The notes: generated from the sequence alone by a model not told the origin. Shown: positions 52,821 to 62,783, counted from the first letter of the stretch. The stretch: 64,000 bases of DNA from Pseudomonadota bacterium (GCA_041694715.1 JBGFSF010000016.1:8097-72096), one strand, 5' to 3'. Program-made: numbers and translations.

Positions 52821-53285
52821 ATGAAACGCACCCTGATTCCCCTGCTGGCTGTCCTCTCGCTCGCCGCCTGCGGCCAGCAGGAATCCCCGCCCGCGGCGAC
52901 GCAATCCGAGCCCGCCGCGCCCGCCGAAGCCGCGGCGCCGACACCGGCCGCCGCCGTGCTGAAAAGCGGCGAGGACGTCTACAAGCAGGTCTGCCTGGCC
53001 TGCCACGCGCACGGCGTGGCCGGCGCGCCCAAGGCCGGCGAACCCGGCGGCTGGACGGCGCTCGCCGGCGAAGGCCAGGCGGCGGTGACTGCGCACGGCT
53101 GGGTCGGTATCCGCGGCATGCCGCCCAAGGGCGGCCGCGCCGACCTCACGCTGGAGGAGTTCGCCCGCGCCACCGCCTGGATGGCGCGCAGCGCCGGCGT
53201 CGACTGGCCGGACCCGGATGCGGCGATGTTGGAGGCGATTCGCAAGGAAGAGGCACTGCGCCGCGAGGCGCTGAGCAAGGGCTGA
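52821..53285 (+). CDS. Cytochrome c5-like lipoprotein
   Basis: Lipobox LSLAAC, Ala/Pro linker, CLACH heme motif, GIRGMPPKGG axial Met. Confidence 0.88.
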   Translation: MKRTLIPLLAVLSLAACGQQESPPAATQSEPAAPAEAAAPTPAAAVLKSGEDVYKQVCLACHAHGVAGAPKAGEPGGWTALAGEGQAAVTAHGWVGIRGMPPKGGRADLTLEEFARATAWMARSAGVDWPDPDAAMLEAIRKEEALRREALSKG

Positions 53286-53292
53286 ACCGCGC

Positions 53293-53673
53293 TCAGGCGC
53301 GGTCGAACAGCACCGCCGCGCCGACCTTGCGGCCTTCGGCGGCGAGGATGTTGTAGGTGCGGCAGAGGGCGCCGAGGTCCATGACTTCGAGCCCGATGCG
53401 CGCCTCGACCAGGGCGCGGGTGAGCGCGGGGTGGGGAAAGCGCAGGCGGTTGCCGGTGCCCAGAAGCAGGATGTCGAGTTCGCGCTGCGCGATCCACTCG
53501 AAGTGCGCCGCCGCGAGCGCGTCGAAGTCGAGCCCGGCCCACGGCGCCGCTTCGACGCCGCTGGCGGTCAAAAGCAGCCCCGCATCAAAACGCTGGCCGC
53601 CGATCAGCACGTGATCGGCGCCGTAGCCGGTGAAAAGCAGCTGGCTGGTGTCGGTGTGGAGATGCAGCTTCAT
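53293..53673 (-). CDS. Mth938-like (DUF498) protein
   Basis: LLLGTGNRLRFP, IGLEVMDLGALCRTYNILAAEGRKV. Confidence 0.9.
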   Translation of the reverse strand: MKLHLHTDTSQLLFTGYGADHVLIGGQRFDAGLLLTASGVEAAPWAGLDFDALAAAHFEWIAQRELDILLLGTGNRLRFPHPALTRALVEARIGLEVMDLGALCRTYNILAAEGRKVGAAVLFDRA

Positions 53674-53808
53674 GGCGCGATGCGTTTTCCGGTTTGCCAA
53701 CCATAGCAGATTCGCCGTCCCGCGGTTTGCCGGGGCCCGGCGCCTCCGGTAAAATCCGCGTCTTTTCAAGGCATTGTTCGCCTTGATGCATCCAACGGGA
53801 AATCCATC

Positions 53809-55053
53809 GTGACGGCTGACTCCAGGCCCCGCCTGCGCACTCTCCACAAGTCGAGCAAGCTCGACAACGTCTGCTACGACATCCGCGGCCCGGTGATGGC
53901 GCGCGCGCGGCAGATGGAAGAGGAAGGCCACCGCATCATCAAGCTCAACATCGGCAATCCCGCGCCCTTCGGCTTCGAGGCGCCGGAAGAGATCGTGCAG
54001 GACGTCATCGTCAACCTGCCGAATGCCTCGGGCTACAGCGATTCCAAGGGCCTGTTCGCGGCGCGCAAGGCGATCATGCACGAGACCCAGCGCAAGCACA
54101 TCGCCGGCGTGACCATCGACGACATCATCGTCGGCAACGGCGTGTCCGAGCTGATCGTGATGTCGATGCAGGCGCTCCTGAACAACGGTGACGAGGTGCT
54201 GGTGCCGGCGCCGGACTATCCGCTGTGGACCGCGGCGGTGAGCCTCGGCGGCGGCAAGCCGCGCCATTACCTGTGCGACGAGGGCGCGGGCTGGCTGCCC
54301 GACCTCGACGACATCAAGTCGAAGATCACGCCGAACACGCGCGCCATCGTCGTCATCAACCCCAACAACCCGACCGGCGCGCTGTACCCGACCGAGCTGC
54401 TGAAAGAGATCGTCGAGATCGCGCGCCAGCACCAGCTCATCATCTACGCCGACGAGATCTACGACAAGGTGCTGTTCGACGGCGCGCAGCACACCTCGAT
54501 CGCCTCGCTCGCCGACGACGTGCTGATCGTCACCTTCAACGGCCTGTCGAAGAACTACCGCGCCTGCGGCTATCGGGCCGGCTGGCTCATCGTGTCGGGC
54601 GACAAGCGCCACGCCAGGGATTATCTGGAAGGCCTCAACATGCTGGCCTCGATGCGCCTGTGCTCGAACGTGCCGGGGCAGTACGCGATCCAGACCGCGT
54701 TGGGCGGCTACCAGAGCATCAACGACCTGGTCGCGCCGAGCGGGCGCCTCACGCGCCAGCGCGACCTCGCGCACGAGTTGCTGACGCTGATTCCGGGCGT
54801 GAGCTGCGTCAAGCCGAAGGCGGCGATGTACCTGTTCCCGAAGCTCGATCCGAAGCTCTATCACATCAGCAACGACCAGAAATTCATCCTCAACCTGCTG
54901 GAAGAGGAGCGCGTGCTGGTGGTGCAGGGCAGCGGCTTCAACTGGCCGCATCCGGACCACATCCGCGTGGTGTTCCTGCCGCACGAGGAAGACCTCACCG
55001 AGGCGATCGGCCGCATCGGCCGCTTCCTCGACCGCCAGCGGGCGCATCGCTGA
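53809..55053 (+). CDS. alaA: Alanine transaminase (class I PLP aminotransferase)
   Basis: KLDNVCYDIRGP, LNIGNPAPFGF, FNGLSKNYRACGYRAGW; GTG start. Confidence 0.92.
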   Translation: MTADSRPRLRTLHKSSKLDNVCYDIRGPVMARARQMEEEGHRIIKLNIGNPAPFGFEAPEEIVQDVIVNLPNASGYSDSKGLFAARKAIMHETQRKHIAGVTIDDIIVGNGVSELIVMSMQALLNNGDEVLVPAPDYPLWTAAVSLGGGKPRHYLCDEGAGWLPDLDDIKSKITPNTRAIVVINPNNPTGALYPTELLKEIVEIARQHQLIIYADEIYDKVLFDGAQHTSIASLADDVLIVTFNGLSKNYRACGYRAGWLIVSGDKRHARDYLEGLNMLASMRLCSNVPGQYAIQTALGGYQSINDLVAPSGRLTRQRDLAHELLTLIPGVSCVKPKAAMYLFPKLDPKLYHISNDQKFILNLLEEERVLVVQGSGFNWPHPDHIRVVFLPHEEDLTEAIGRIGRFLDRQRAHR

Positions 55054-55080
55054 TTCAGATTATTTGACCGAGACCACACA

Positions 55081-56394
55081 ATGAAACCCATCCACGTCGG
55101 CCTGCTGGGCCTCGGAACCGTCGGCGGCGGCACGCTCACCGTGCTGCGCCGCAACGCCGAAGAAATCACCCGCCGCGCCGGGCGCGAGATCAGCGTCGTG
55201 CGCGCCGCGGTGCGCAACCTCGACAAGGCGAAGAAGCTCGCCGGCGACCTGCCGCTGACGACCAACCCCTTCGACGTCGTCGACGACCCGGCGATCGATA
55301 TTGTTGTTGAGTTGATCGGCGGCCTGGAGCCGGCGCGCGAACTGGTGATGCAGGCGATCGCCAACGGCAAGCACGTCGTCACCGCCAACAAGCACCTCGT
55401 CGCCAAGCACGGCAACGAGATCTTCGCCGCGGCGCAGGCCAAGGGCGTGATGGTCGCGTTCGAGGCAGCGGTCGCCGGCGGCATCCCCATCATCAAGGCG
55501 CTGCGCGAAGGCCTCACCGCCAACCGCATCGAGTGGCTGGCCGGCATCATCAACGGCACCTCGAACTTCATCCTCACCGAAATGCGCGACAAGGGCGCGG
55601 CCTTCGCCGACGTGCTGAAGCAGGCGCAGGACCTGGGCTACGCCGAAGCCGACCCGACCTTCGACATCGAGGGCATCGACGCCGCGCACAAGCTCACCAT
55701 CCTCTCCGCGATCGCCTTCGGCATCCCGATGCAGTTTGACAAGGCCTACACCGAAGGCATCTCGAAGCTCACCCGTGAAGACGTGAAGTACGCCGAGGAA
55801 CTGGGCTACCGCATCAAATTGCTGGGCATCGCGCGCCGCGCGGATAACGGCATCGAGCTGCGCGTGCACCCGACGCTGATCCCCGAGCGGCGCCTGATCG
55901 CCAACGTCGACGGCGCGATGAACGCGGTGCTGGTGAAGGGCGACGCCGTCGGCCCGACGCTCTACTACGGTGCCGGCGCCGGCTCCGAGCCGACCGCCTC
56001 GGCTGTCGTCGCCGACCTCGTCGACGTCACGCGTCTGCACACTGCCGACCCGCACCACCGCGTGCCGCATCTCGCGTTCCAGCCGGACCAGCTCGCCGCG
56101 ACGCCGATCCTGCCGATGGACGAGGTGCGCACCGCCTACTACCTGCGCCTGCGCGCCTTCGACCGTCCCGGCGTGCTGGCCGACATCACCCGCATCCTCG
56201 CCGACGCCGGCATCTCCATCGACGCCATGGTGCAGAAGGAACCGGGCGAAGGCGAGGAGCAGGTCGACATCATCCTGCTGACCCACGTGACGGTCGAGAA
56301 GAACGTCAACGCTGCCATTCAAAAAATCGAGGCGCTCGACACCGTCGCGGGGCAGGTGATGCGCATCCGCCTCGAGGAACTGGCGTCCAAGTAA
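55081..56394 (+). CDS. hom: Homoserine dehydrogenase
   Basis: GLGTVGGG, VVTANK, EAAVAGGIP, GYAEADP, C-terminal ACT domain. Confidence 0.97.
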   Translation: MKPIHVGLLGLGTVGGGTLTVLRRNAEEITRRAGREISVVRAAVRNLDKAKKLAGDLPLTTNPFDVVDDPAIDIVVELIGGLEPARELVMQAIANGKHVVTANKHLVAKHGNEIFAAAQAKGVMVAFEAAVAGGIPIIKALREGLTANRIEWLAGIINGTSNFILTEMRDKGAAFADVLKQAQDLGYAEADPTFDIEGIDAAHKLTILSAIAFGIPMQFDKAYTEGISKLTREDVKYAEELGYRIKLLGIARRADNGIELRVHPTLIPERRLIANVDGAMNAVLVKGDAVGPTLYYGAGAGSEPTASAVVADLVDVTRLHTADPHHRVPHLAFQPDQLAATPILPMDEVRTAYYLRLRAFDRPGVLADITRILADAGISIDAMVQKEPGEGEEQVDIILLTHVTVEKNVNAAIQKIEALDTVAGQVMRIRLEELASK

Positions 56395-56408
56395 ATTAAG
56401 GTCTGGCA

Positions 56409-57833
56409 ATGAACTACCTCAGCACGCGCGGCCTCGCCCCGCAACTCCGCTTCTCCGACATCCTGCTCGGCGGGCTCGCCAGCGACGGCGGCCTCTACGT
56501 GCCGGAGACGTACCCGCGCTTCACCGCCGCCGAACTCGAAGCGATGCGCGGCATGAGCTACCGCGAGCTCGCCTTTGCCGTGCTGTCGCGCCTGGTCGAC
56601 GACATCCCCGCCGACGACCTGCGCCGGCTGATCGACAAGACCTACACTGCCGAGGTCTACCGCTACGTCACCGACCAGGAAAACGCCGAGGACATCACGC
56701 CGCTGAAGACGCTGGAACCCGGCCTGCACGTGCTCGCGCTCTCGAACGGTCCGACGCTTGCGTTCAAGGACATGGCGATGCAGCTCCTGGGCAACCTGTT
56801 CGAGTACGTGCTCGACAAGACCCACGGCGAATTGAACATTCTCGGCGCGACCTCGGGCGACACCGGCTCCGCCGCCGAATATGCGATGCGCGGCAAGCGC
56901 GGCGTGCGCGTCTTCATGCTGTCGCCCGAGCACGGCATGACGCGCTTCCAGCAAGCGCAGATGTACGCGCTACAGGACGCCAACATCCACAACTTGGTGA
57001 TCCGCGGCGTATTCGACCAGTGCCAGGACATCGTCAAGGCGGTCTCCAACGACCTTGAATTCAAGGCGAAACACCACATCGGCGCGGTCAACTCGATCAA
57101 CTGGGCGCGCGTTGCGGCCCAGAGCGTGTACTACTTCAAGGCCTATTTCGCCGCGACGCACAGCAACGACCAGGAAGTTTCGTTCTCGGTGCCCTCGGGC
57201 AACTTCGGCAACGTCTGCGCCGGCCACATCGCGAAGCAGATGGGCCTGCCGATCAGGAAGCTCATCGTCGCCACCAACGAGAACGACGTGCTCGACGAAT
57301 TCTTCCGCACCGGCGTCTACCGTCCGCGTCCGGAAACCCGCCACACCTCGAGCCCGAGCATGGACATCTCGAAGGCCTCGAACTTCGAGCGCTTCGTGTT
57401 CGACCTCTCGGGTCGCGACGCCGCCAAGGTGCGCAGCCTGTGGGCCAAGGTCGATGCCGGCGGCAGCTTCGACCTCAAGGCCGATGGTCTGTTCGACCGC
57501 GTCGCCGACTTCGGCATGGCCTCGGGTTCGAGCAGCCACGCCAACCGCATGGACACCATCCGCACGGTGTACGAGGTCTACGGCACCATGATCGACCCGC
57601 ACACCGCCGACGGCCTCAAGGTCGGATTGGAGCACCGCGAGCCCGGCGTGCCGCTCGTCTGCATGGAAACCGCGCAGCCCGCCAAGTTCGAGGACGCGAT
57701 CCGCGAGGCGCTCGGCGTCGAGCCGGTGCGTCCCGCCGAGCTTGCCGACCTGGAAGCGCAGCCGCAGAAGAAGCACGTGATGGACGCCGATGTCGAAGCG
57801 GTCAAGCGCTACATCGTCGAACACGCCCGCTAA
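56409..57833 (+). CDS. thrC: Threonine synthase
   Basis: GPTLAFKDMAMQ, ATSGDTGSAA, NSINWAR, VPSGNFGN. Confidence 0.97.
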   Translation: MNYLSTRGLAPQLRFSDILLGGLASDGGLYVPETYPRFTAAELEAMRGMSYRELAFAVLSRLVDDIPADDLRRLIDKTYTAEVYRYVTDQENAEDITPLKTLEPGLHVLALSNGPTLAFKDMAMQLLGNLFEYVLDKTHGELNILGATSGDTGSAAEYAMRGKRGVRVFMLSPEHGMTRFQQAQMYALQDANIHNLVIRGVFDQCQDIVKAVSNDLEFKAKHHIGAVNSINWARVAAQSVYYFKAYFAATHSNDQEVSFSVPSGNFGNVCAGHIAKQMGLPIRKLIVATNENDVLDEFFRTGVYRPRPETRHTSSPSMDISKASNFERFVFDLSGRDAAKVRSLWAKVDAGGSFDLKADGLFDRVADFGMASGSSSHANRMDTIRTVYEVYGTMIDPHTADGLKVGLEHREPGVPLVCMETAQPAKFEDAIREALGVEPVRPAELADLEAQPQKKHVMDADVEAVKRYIVEHAR

Positions 57834-58452
57834 GTCTCAAACCGGGGAGCCGTTCGACGCGCTGCTGGCGCGGGTGCGCACCTGCACCGTCTGCGCCCCC
57901 TACCTGCCGAACCCGCCGAACCCCATCCTGCGGGCCTCGCCGACGGCGCGCCTGCTGATCGTGGGGCAGGCGCCGGGACGGCGCGTGCACGCAACCGGCA
58001 TCCCCTGGAACGACCCCTCCGGCGACCAGCTGCGCGCCTGGCTCGGCATGACGCGCGAGGTCTTCTACGATGAATCGCGCATCGCCATCGTCCCCACCGG
58101 CTTCTGCTATCCCGGCACCGTTAAGGGCAGCGACCTGCCGCCGCGCCCGGAATGCGCGCCGCTGTGGCATCCGCCGCTGCGCGCGGCGATGCCCAATATC
58201 CAGATCACCCTGCTGATCGGCGCCTACGCCCAGGCGTATTACCTCGGCGATCGCCGCGGCCGCACGCTCACCGACACCGTCGCCGCCTGGCGCGACTTCG
58301 CCCCCGACTACCTGCCGCTGCCGCATCCCAGCCCGCGCAACCGCGGCTGGCTGAAGCGCAACCCCTGGTTCGAGACCGAGGTCTTGCCCAGGTTGCGAAA
58401 ACGGGTTGGAGACGCCCTGCAGGCGAGCGATAATGGCGCCGCATCCGCGTAA
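57790..58452 (+). CDS. Uracil-DNA glycosylase superfamily protein
   Basis: LLIVGQAPG, WNDPSGDQLRAWLG, FCYPG, LPHPSPRN; start uncertain (ATG 57790 inside thrC, or GTG 57874). Confidence 0.85.
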   Translation: MSKRSSATSSNTPAKSQTGEPFDALLARVRTCTVCAPYLPNPPNPILRASPTARLLIVGQAPGRRVHATGIPWNDPSGDQLRAWLGMTREVFYDESRIAIVPTGFCYPGTVKGSDLPPRPECAPLWHPPLRAAMPNIQITLLIGAYAQAYYLGDRRGRTLTDTVAAWRDFAPDYLPLPHPSPRNRGWLKRNPWFETEVLPRLRKRVGDALQASDNGAASA

Positions 58453-58473
58453 TCCCTTTTTTCAGGATATTTC

Positions 58474-59082
58474 ATGAAGCTCGTCACCTCGCTCACCAGC
58501 CCCTACGGCCGCAAGGTTCGTGTGGTGCTCGCGGAAAAGAGGATCCCCTTCCAGCTCCAGGTCGAAAATCCCTGGGCGCCGGACAGCGTGGTGGCGACCT
58601 ACAACCCTCTCGGCAAGGTACCGGTGCTGGTGCTCGAAGGCGGCGTGTCCATCTTCGATTCGCGCGTCATCGTCGAATACCTCGATCACGCCAGCCCTGT
58701 GTCGAACCTGATCCCCGCCGAACACAAGAGCCGTATGGCCGTGCGCGGCATCGAGGCCTTGTCGGACGGCGTCACCGACGCCGCCGTCGCGCTCTTCCTC
58801 GAAAAGAAGCGCCCGGCCGACAAGCAGAGCTCAGACTGGCTGGTGCTGCAGGAAAAGACCCTGTTCCGCGGTCTGGAAGCCTTGTCCGAAGCGCTCGGCG
58901 AGAACACCTACTTCCTCGGCAACGGCATGAGCCTCGCCGACATTGCCTGCGGCTGTGCCCTCGGCTACCTGGACCTGCGCTTCCCCGAAATCGACTGGCG
59001 CACCGCGCACCCGAACCTGGCGAAGCTCTACGACAAGCTCATGACGCGCGCTTCGTTCAAGGACACCGTGCCGGTCGTCTGA
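58474..59082 (+). CDS. Glutathione S-transferase family protein
   Basis: SPYGRKVRV, NPLGKVPVL, FDSRVIVEYLD, SLADIACGCALGYL. Confidence 0.92.
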   Translation: MKLVTSLTSPYGRKVRVVLAEKRIPFQLQVENPWAPDSVVATYNPLGKVPVLVLEGGVSIFDSRVIVEYLDHASPVSNLIPAEHKSRMAVRGIEALSDGVTDAAVALFLEKKRPADKQSSDWLVLQEKTLFRGLEALSEALGENTYFLGNGMSLADIACGCALGYLDLRFPEIDWRTAHPNLAKLYDKLMTRASFKDTVPVV

Positions 59083-59090
59083 CGCACGCG

Positions 59091-59122
59091 TTCCCTTCCC
59101 CGCAGGCGGAGAAGGAGAGGGC
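59091..59122. repeat. REP-like GC hairpin upstream of msrA
   Basis: CCTTC-C-CCGC-AG-GCGG-A-GAAGG followed by AGAGGG. Confidence 0.55.
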
Positions 59123-59155
59123 AGGTCACGAACAAGCCCGCAACGGAGGAACACT

Positions 59156-59692
59156 ATGTCACGTGAAATCGCCACCCTCGCCGGCGGCTGCTTCTGGTGC
59201 ATCGAGACCGTCTTCAACCGCCTGCGCGGCGTCGAGTTCGCCGTCTCCGGCTACATGGGCGGCCACACGGCGAACCCCACCTACCGCGACATCTGCAACG
59301 GCGACACCGGCCACGCCGAAGTCGTGCAGGCCACCTTCGATCCCGAGGTGATTTCGTTCCGCGACCTGCTCGACGTCTTCTTCACGATCCACGACCCCAC
59401 CCAGCTCAACCGCCAGGGCAACGACGTCGGCACGCAATACCGCTCGGCGATCTTCTGGCACACGCCCGAGCAGAAGGCCGAGGCCGAAGCCGTGATCGCC
59501 GAACTGAATGCGTCAAAGGCATTCGGCGCGCCCATCGTCACCGAAGTCACCGAAGCGACCACCTTCTACCCTGCCGAGGATTACCACCAGCGCTACTACG
59601 AGCAGAACCCGCACCAGCCCTATTGCCAGTTCGTGGTGGCGCCGAAAGTGGCGAAGGCGCAGACGAAATATGCGAGTCACTTGAAATCCTGA
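59156..59692 (+). CDS. msrA: Peptide methionine sulfoxide reductase A
   Basis: AGGCFWC, GYMGG, TGHAEVVQ, AEDYHQ. Confidence 0.97.
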   Translation: MSREIATLAGGCFWCIETVFNRLRGVEFAVSGYMGGHTANPTYRDICNGDTGHAEVVQATFDPEVISFRDLLDVFFTIHDPTQLNRQGNDVGTQYRSAIFWHTPEQKAEAEAVIAELNASKAFGAPIVTEVTEATTFYPAEDYHQRYYEQNPHQPYCQFVVAPKVAKAQTKYASHLKS

Positions 59693-59726
59693 GAGAGCCG
59701 GTTGGGCGCTCGAACAGTTTCTGGTG

Positions 59727-59755
59727 GTGACAAAAGGCACACACCGTCCTAATAT
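59727..59755 (+). promoter_or_regulatory. Sigma70 promoter of the TA operon (probably leaderless)
   Basis: GTGACA-N17-TAATAT ending 6 nt before the ATG at 59762; no Shine-Dalgarno. Confidence 0.6.
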
Positions 59756-59761
59756 GCACCC

Positions 59762-60055
59762 ATGAAGCCGTTTCGCTGGAGTCCGGAGAAGAACACGATC
59801 CTCAAGGCGGAGCGGGGTGTTTCGTTCGAAAGCATCGTCGTCGCCATCGAATCTGACGGCTTGCTGGACATTCTGGCGCATCCAAACCAGGCGAAATATC
59901 CCAGGCAGCGCGTTCTTGTTGTGGCGTACGACGGGTACGCCTATCTGGTGCCGTTTGTCGAAGAGGAAGACAGCTTCTTTCTCAAGACCATCATCCCGAG
60001 CCGCAAGGCAACCCGGGATTACTTGAATCAGGGTGAAACCGATGCCGAAGATTGA
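59762..60055 (+). CDS. BrnT-like type II toxin
   Basis: FRWSPEKN...ERGVSFE...LVPFVEE...LKTIIPSRKATRDY; toxin-first order. Confidence 0.8.
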   Translation: MKPFRWSPEKNTILKAERGVSFESIVVAIESDGLLDILAHPNQAKYPRQRVLVVAYDGYAYLVPFVEEEDSFFLKTIIPSRKATRDYLNQGETDAED

Positions 60056-60368
60056 CGATTACGAACGCGAAGTGCTGACTGCTTTCGACAAGGGACAACT
60101 GAAGTCCGTGGCGAGCAAGGCCGAACTGGAAAAATTCAAGGCTGCAGCGCGCGCCACGGCGCTCAAGGATCGCCGCGTCAACATCCGGCTGTCCTCCGGC
60201 GACCTGAGCGATATCCAGGTCAAGGCGCTTGAAGAAGGCGTGCCCTATCAAACGCTGATTGCCAGTGTGCTGCACAAATACGTGACCGGCCGCTTGGCCG
60301 AGCCCCGGGAGGATGACAAACCGTCGCCACGCCCGGCAACGAAACGCCGCGCGACATCAGGAAATTAA
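60042..60368 (+). CDS. CopG/ribbon-helix-helix antitoxin
   Basis: Acidic N-terminus, RVNIRLSSGDL...VPYQTLIASVLHKY; 14-bp overlap with the toxin. Confidence 0.8.
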   Translation: MPKIDDYEREVLTAFDKGQLKSVASKAELEKFKAAARATALKDRRVNIRLSSGDLSDIQVKALEEGVPYQTLIASVLHKYVTGRLAEPREDDKPSPRPATKRRATSGN

Positions 60369-60468
60369 CCAATCGGGGCGTGTTGCAAGCAGCTGAAATT
60401 CTTGTCGAAGTCTTGCGTGGATGCGTGGTTGCAAGACCCCCTGTGTCATGACCCCGATGCCCCTGTAG

Positions 60469-61035
60469 ATGACCGAGAATCTGGCCAGAATGAATTCACC
60501 AGACACCGACAGTGTGCTCGACAAGTCAATCACGACAGCAGAACAAAAACGCCGCAATATCATTACCCAATTCACGGATGAAAAATGGCGTGACGAGTTG
60601 TTCGTTTCTTCCGAAGCTGTAGCCAAGGAAAAAGCGAAAGACCAGTCCTTGCCCCTGTGGGTAAAACTGCTGGACAGCAACTGGCTGATGTTTGCCGTCT
60701 TGCCACTGCTGCTTTGGATCGGGGTTTATTACTATGCCTCGCCTTTGCCGCAAGCGCAGGCTGCGCGTATTGCGGGAATGTGGTTCTGGGGAATTGGGAT
60801 AGTGGCTACTGGAAGCGCCACCGTTTCCCTCTTGGTGTCGGGCGAATACGCCTCGCAGAGAGGCAGGCGTTTGTATTTCGATGGCTTCAAGACGCTATAT
60901 AAAACCTATCGAGCCGAGTCAGGTGTAGGCAAACTCCTGGCGGGAGCCAGCATGATTCTGAGCCCGCCGTTGCGATTTGGCCTGGGCAGCTTTCTAGCGG
61001 TGGGCATCCCCTTCTGGTGGAGCCTGAGCTACTGA
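60469..61035 (+). CDS. Hypothetical membrane protein (AT-richer, orphan-like)
   Basis: 188-aa ORF with a charged N-terminus and about 3 hydrophobic segments; codon usage visibly unlike the flanking core genes; the start may be 60490. Confidence 0.6.
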   Translation: MTENLARMNSPDTDSVLDKSITTAEQKRRNIITQFTDEKWRDELFVSSEAVAKEKAKDQSLPLWVKLLDSNWLMFAVLPLLLWIGVYYYASPLPQAQAARIAGMWFWGIGIVATGSATVSLLVSGEYASQRGRRLYFDGFKTLYKTYRAESGVGKLLAGASMILSPPLRFGLGSFLAVGIPFWWSLSY

Positions 61036-61088
61036 TACGACGCAGACGTTACCAGCACCTGACCGACTTGTCGCCTAATACCGGCACC

Positions 61089-62783
61089 TTACTTCTCTGC
61101 CTTCACCCACGAATCTTTCAAGGTCACCGTCCGGTTGAACACCGGCGCGCCCGGCTTCGTATCGACGCGATCCGCGACGAAGTAGCCATGTCGCTCAAAC
61201 TGGAAGGACTGCTCGGGCGCGGCGTCCTTCAACGCAGGCTCCAGTTGGGCGCGGATCACCTTCACCGAATCGGCGTTGAGGTCGTCGAGAAAGTTGCCGG
61301 TTTCCTGACCCGGTTGCGCGGTCCTGAACAGGCGGTCGTAGAGCCGCACCTCGGCTTCATACGCGTGCGCGGCGCTCACCCAGTGGATGTTGCCCTTGAC
61401 CTTGACCGAGTCGGCGCCGGGGGTGCCAGACTTGGTGTCGGGCAGGTATTCGCAGTGCACGGCGGTGATGGTGCCGTCGGCGTCCTTGTCGCAGCCGGTG
61501 CACTTCACCACGTAGCCGTAGCGCAGGCGCACGGAGTTGCCGGGGAATAAACGGAAGTAGCCCTTGGGTGGGGTTTCCTCGAAGTCCTCGCGTTCGATCC
61601 ACAGCTCGCGTGAGAACGGCACTGCGCGCTTGCCGAGGTCGGGCTGCTGCGGGTGGTTGGGGGCGAAGCAGTCTTCGGTCAGGCCTTCGGGGTAGTTGTC
61701 GATGATGAGCTTGACCGGGTCGAGCACGGCGACGCGGCGCAGGGCGGAATCATTCAAGACATCACGCTGGCAGGCCTCGAACACGCTGTAGTCGATCCAG
61801 CCGTCGGACTTCGACACGCCGATCTGGTCGGTGAAGCGGCGGAAGCCTTCGGGCGTGTAGCCGCGGCGGCGCGCGCCGACGAGCGTGGGCAGGCGCGGAT
61901 CGTCCCAGCCGCTGACGTGCTTCTCGTCGACCAGCTGGATCAGCTTGCGCTTGGAGAGCACGACGTAGGTGAGGTTGAGCCGCGCGAACTCGATCTGCTG
62001 TGGCAGCGGGCGGGTGAAGAAGCCCCCAATGGCGAGCTTGTCGAGCAGCCAGTCGTAGAACGGGCGCTGGTCCTCGAATTCGAGCGTGCAGATCGAGTGG
62101 GTGATGTGCTCGATCGCGTCCTCGATCGGGTGGGCGTAGGTGTACATCGGGTAGATGCACCATTTGTCGCCGGTGTTGTGGTGGGTCGCCTTTTTAATCC
62201 GATAAATCGCCGGGTCGCGCAGGTTGATGTTGGGCGAGGCCATGTCGATCTTGGCGCGCAGCACATGCGCGCCGTCGGGAAATTCGCCGGCCTTCATGCG
62301 CCGGAAGAGGTCGAGGTTTTCCTCGACCGAACGATTCCGGTAGGGGCTGTCCTTGCCTTTTTCAGTCAGCGTGCCACGGTATTCGCGCATCTCGTCGGCG
62401 GTGAGCGAATCGACGTAGGCGTGGCCGGTCGTAATCAAATACTCGGCGCAGGCGTACATGGTGTCGAAGTAGTTCGACGCGTAGTAGAGGTGTTTACCCC
62501 AGTCGAAGCCCAGCCACTTCACCGATTCGACGATCGAATCGACGTATTCCTGTTCTTCCTTCTCCGGGTTGGTGTCGTCGAAGCGCAGGTGGCAGACGCC
62601 GCCGTAGTCGCGCGCGAGGCCGAAGTTCAGAAAAATCGACTTGGCATGGCCCAGGTGCAGGTAGCCGTTGGGCTCGGGCGGAAAGCGCGTCTCGACACGG
62701 CCGTCCCATTTCCCGGCGGCGCGGTGCTCGTCGATGAGGTTGCGGATGAAATTGGCGGCGGGCGCGGGGGTGTCGTGCGACAT
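61089..62783 (-). CDS. glnS: Glutamine--tRNA ligase
   Basis: [42 protein letters not shown]. Confidence 0.97.
   Translation of the reverse strand: MSHDTPAPAANFIRNLIDEHRAAGKWDGRVETRFPPEPNGYLHLGHAKSIFLNFGLARDYGGVCHLRFDDTNPEKEEQEYVDSIVESVKWLGFDWGKHLYYASNYFDTMYACAEYLITTGHAYVDSLTADEMREYRGTLTEKGKDSPYRNRSVEENLDLFRRMKAGEFPDGAHVLRAKIDMASPNINLRDPAIYRIKKATHHNTGDKWCIYPMYTYAHPIEDAIEHITHSICTLEFEDQRPFYDWLLDKLAIGGFFTRPLPQQIEFARLNLTYVVLSKRKLIQLVDEKHVSGWDDPRLPTLVGARRRGYTPEGFRRFTDQIGVSKSDGWIDYSVFEACQRDVLNDSALRRVAVLDPVKLIIDNYPEGLTEDCFAPNHPQQPDLGKRAVPFSRELWIEREDFEETPPKGYFRLFPGNSVRLRYGYVVKCTGCDKDADGTITAVHCEYLPDTKSGTPGADSVKVKGNIHWVSAAHAYEAEVRLYDRLFRTAQPGQETGNFLDDLNADSVKVIRAQLEPALKDAAPEQSFQFERHGYFVADRVDTKPGAPVFNRTVTLKDSWVKAEK

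Noticed and set aside
60421-60468. 15-codon in-frame upstream ORF ending in TAG directly before the orphan gene (readthrough or pseudogene)
   Set aside because: Too short, another stop lies shortly upstream, and there is no recoding signal; cannot be supported without homologs
59700-61088. Islet as an IS element or prophage remnant
   Set aside because: No transposase, integrase, terminal inverted repeats or att-like duplication seen
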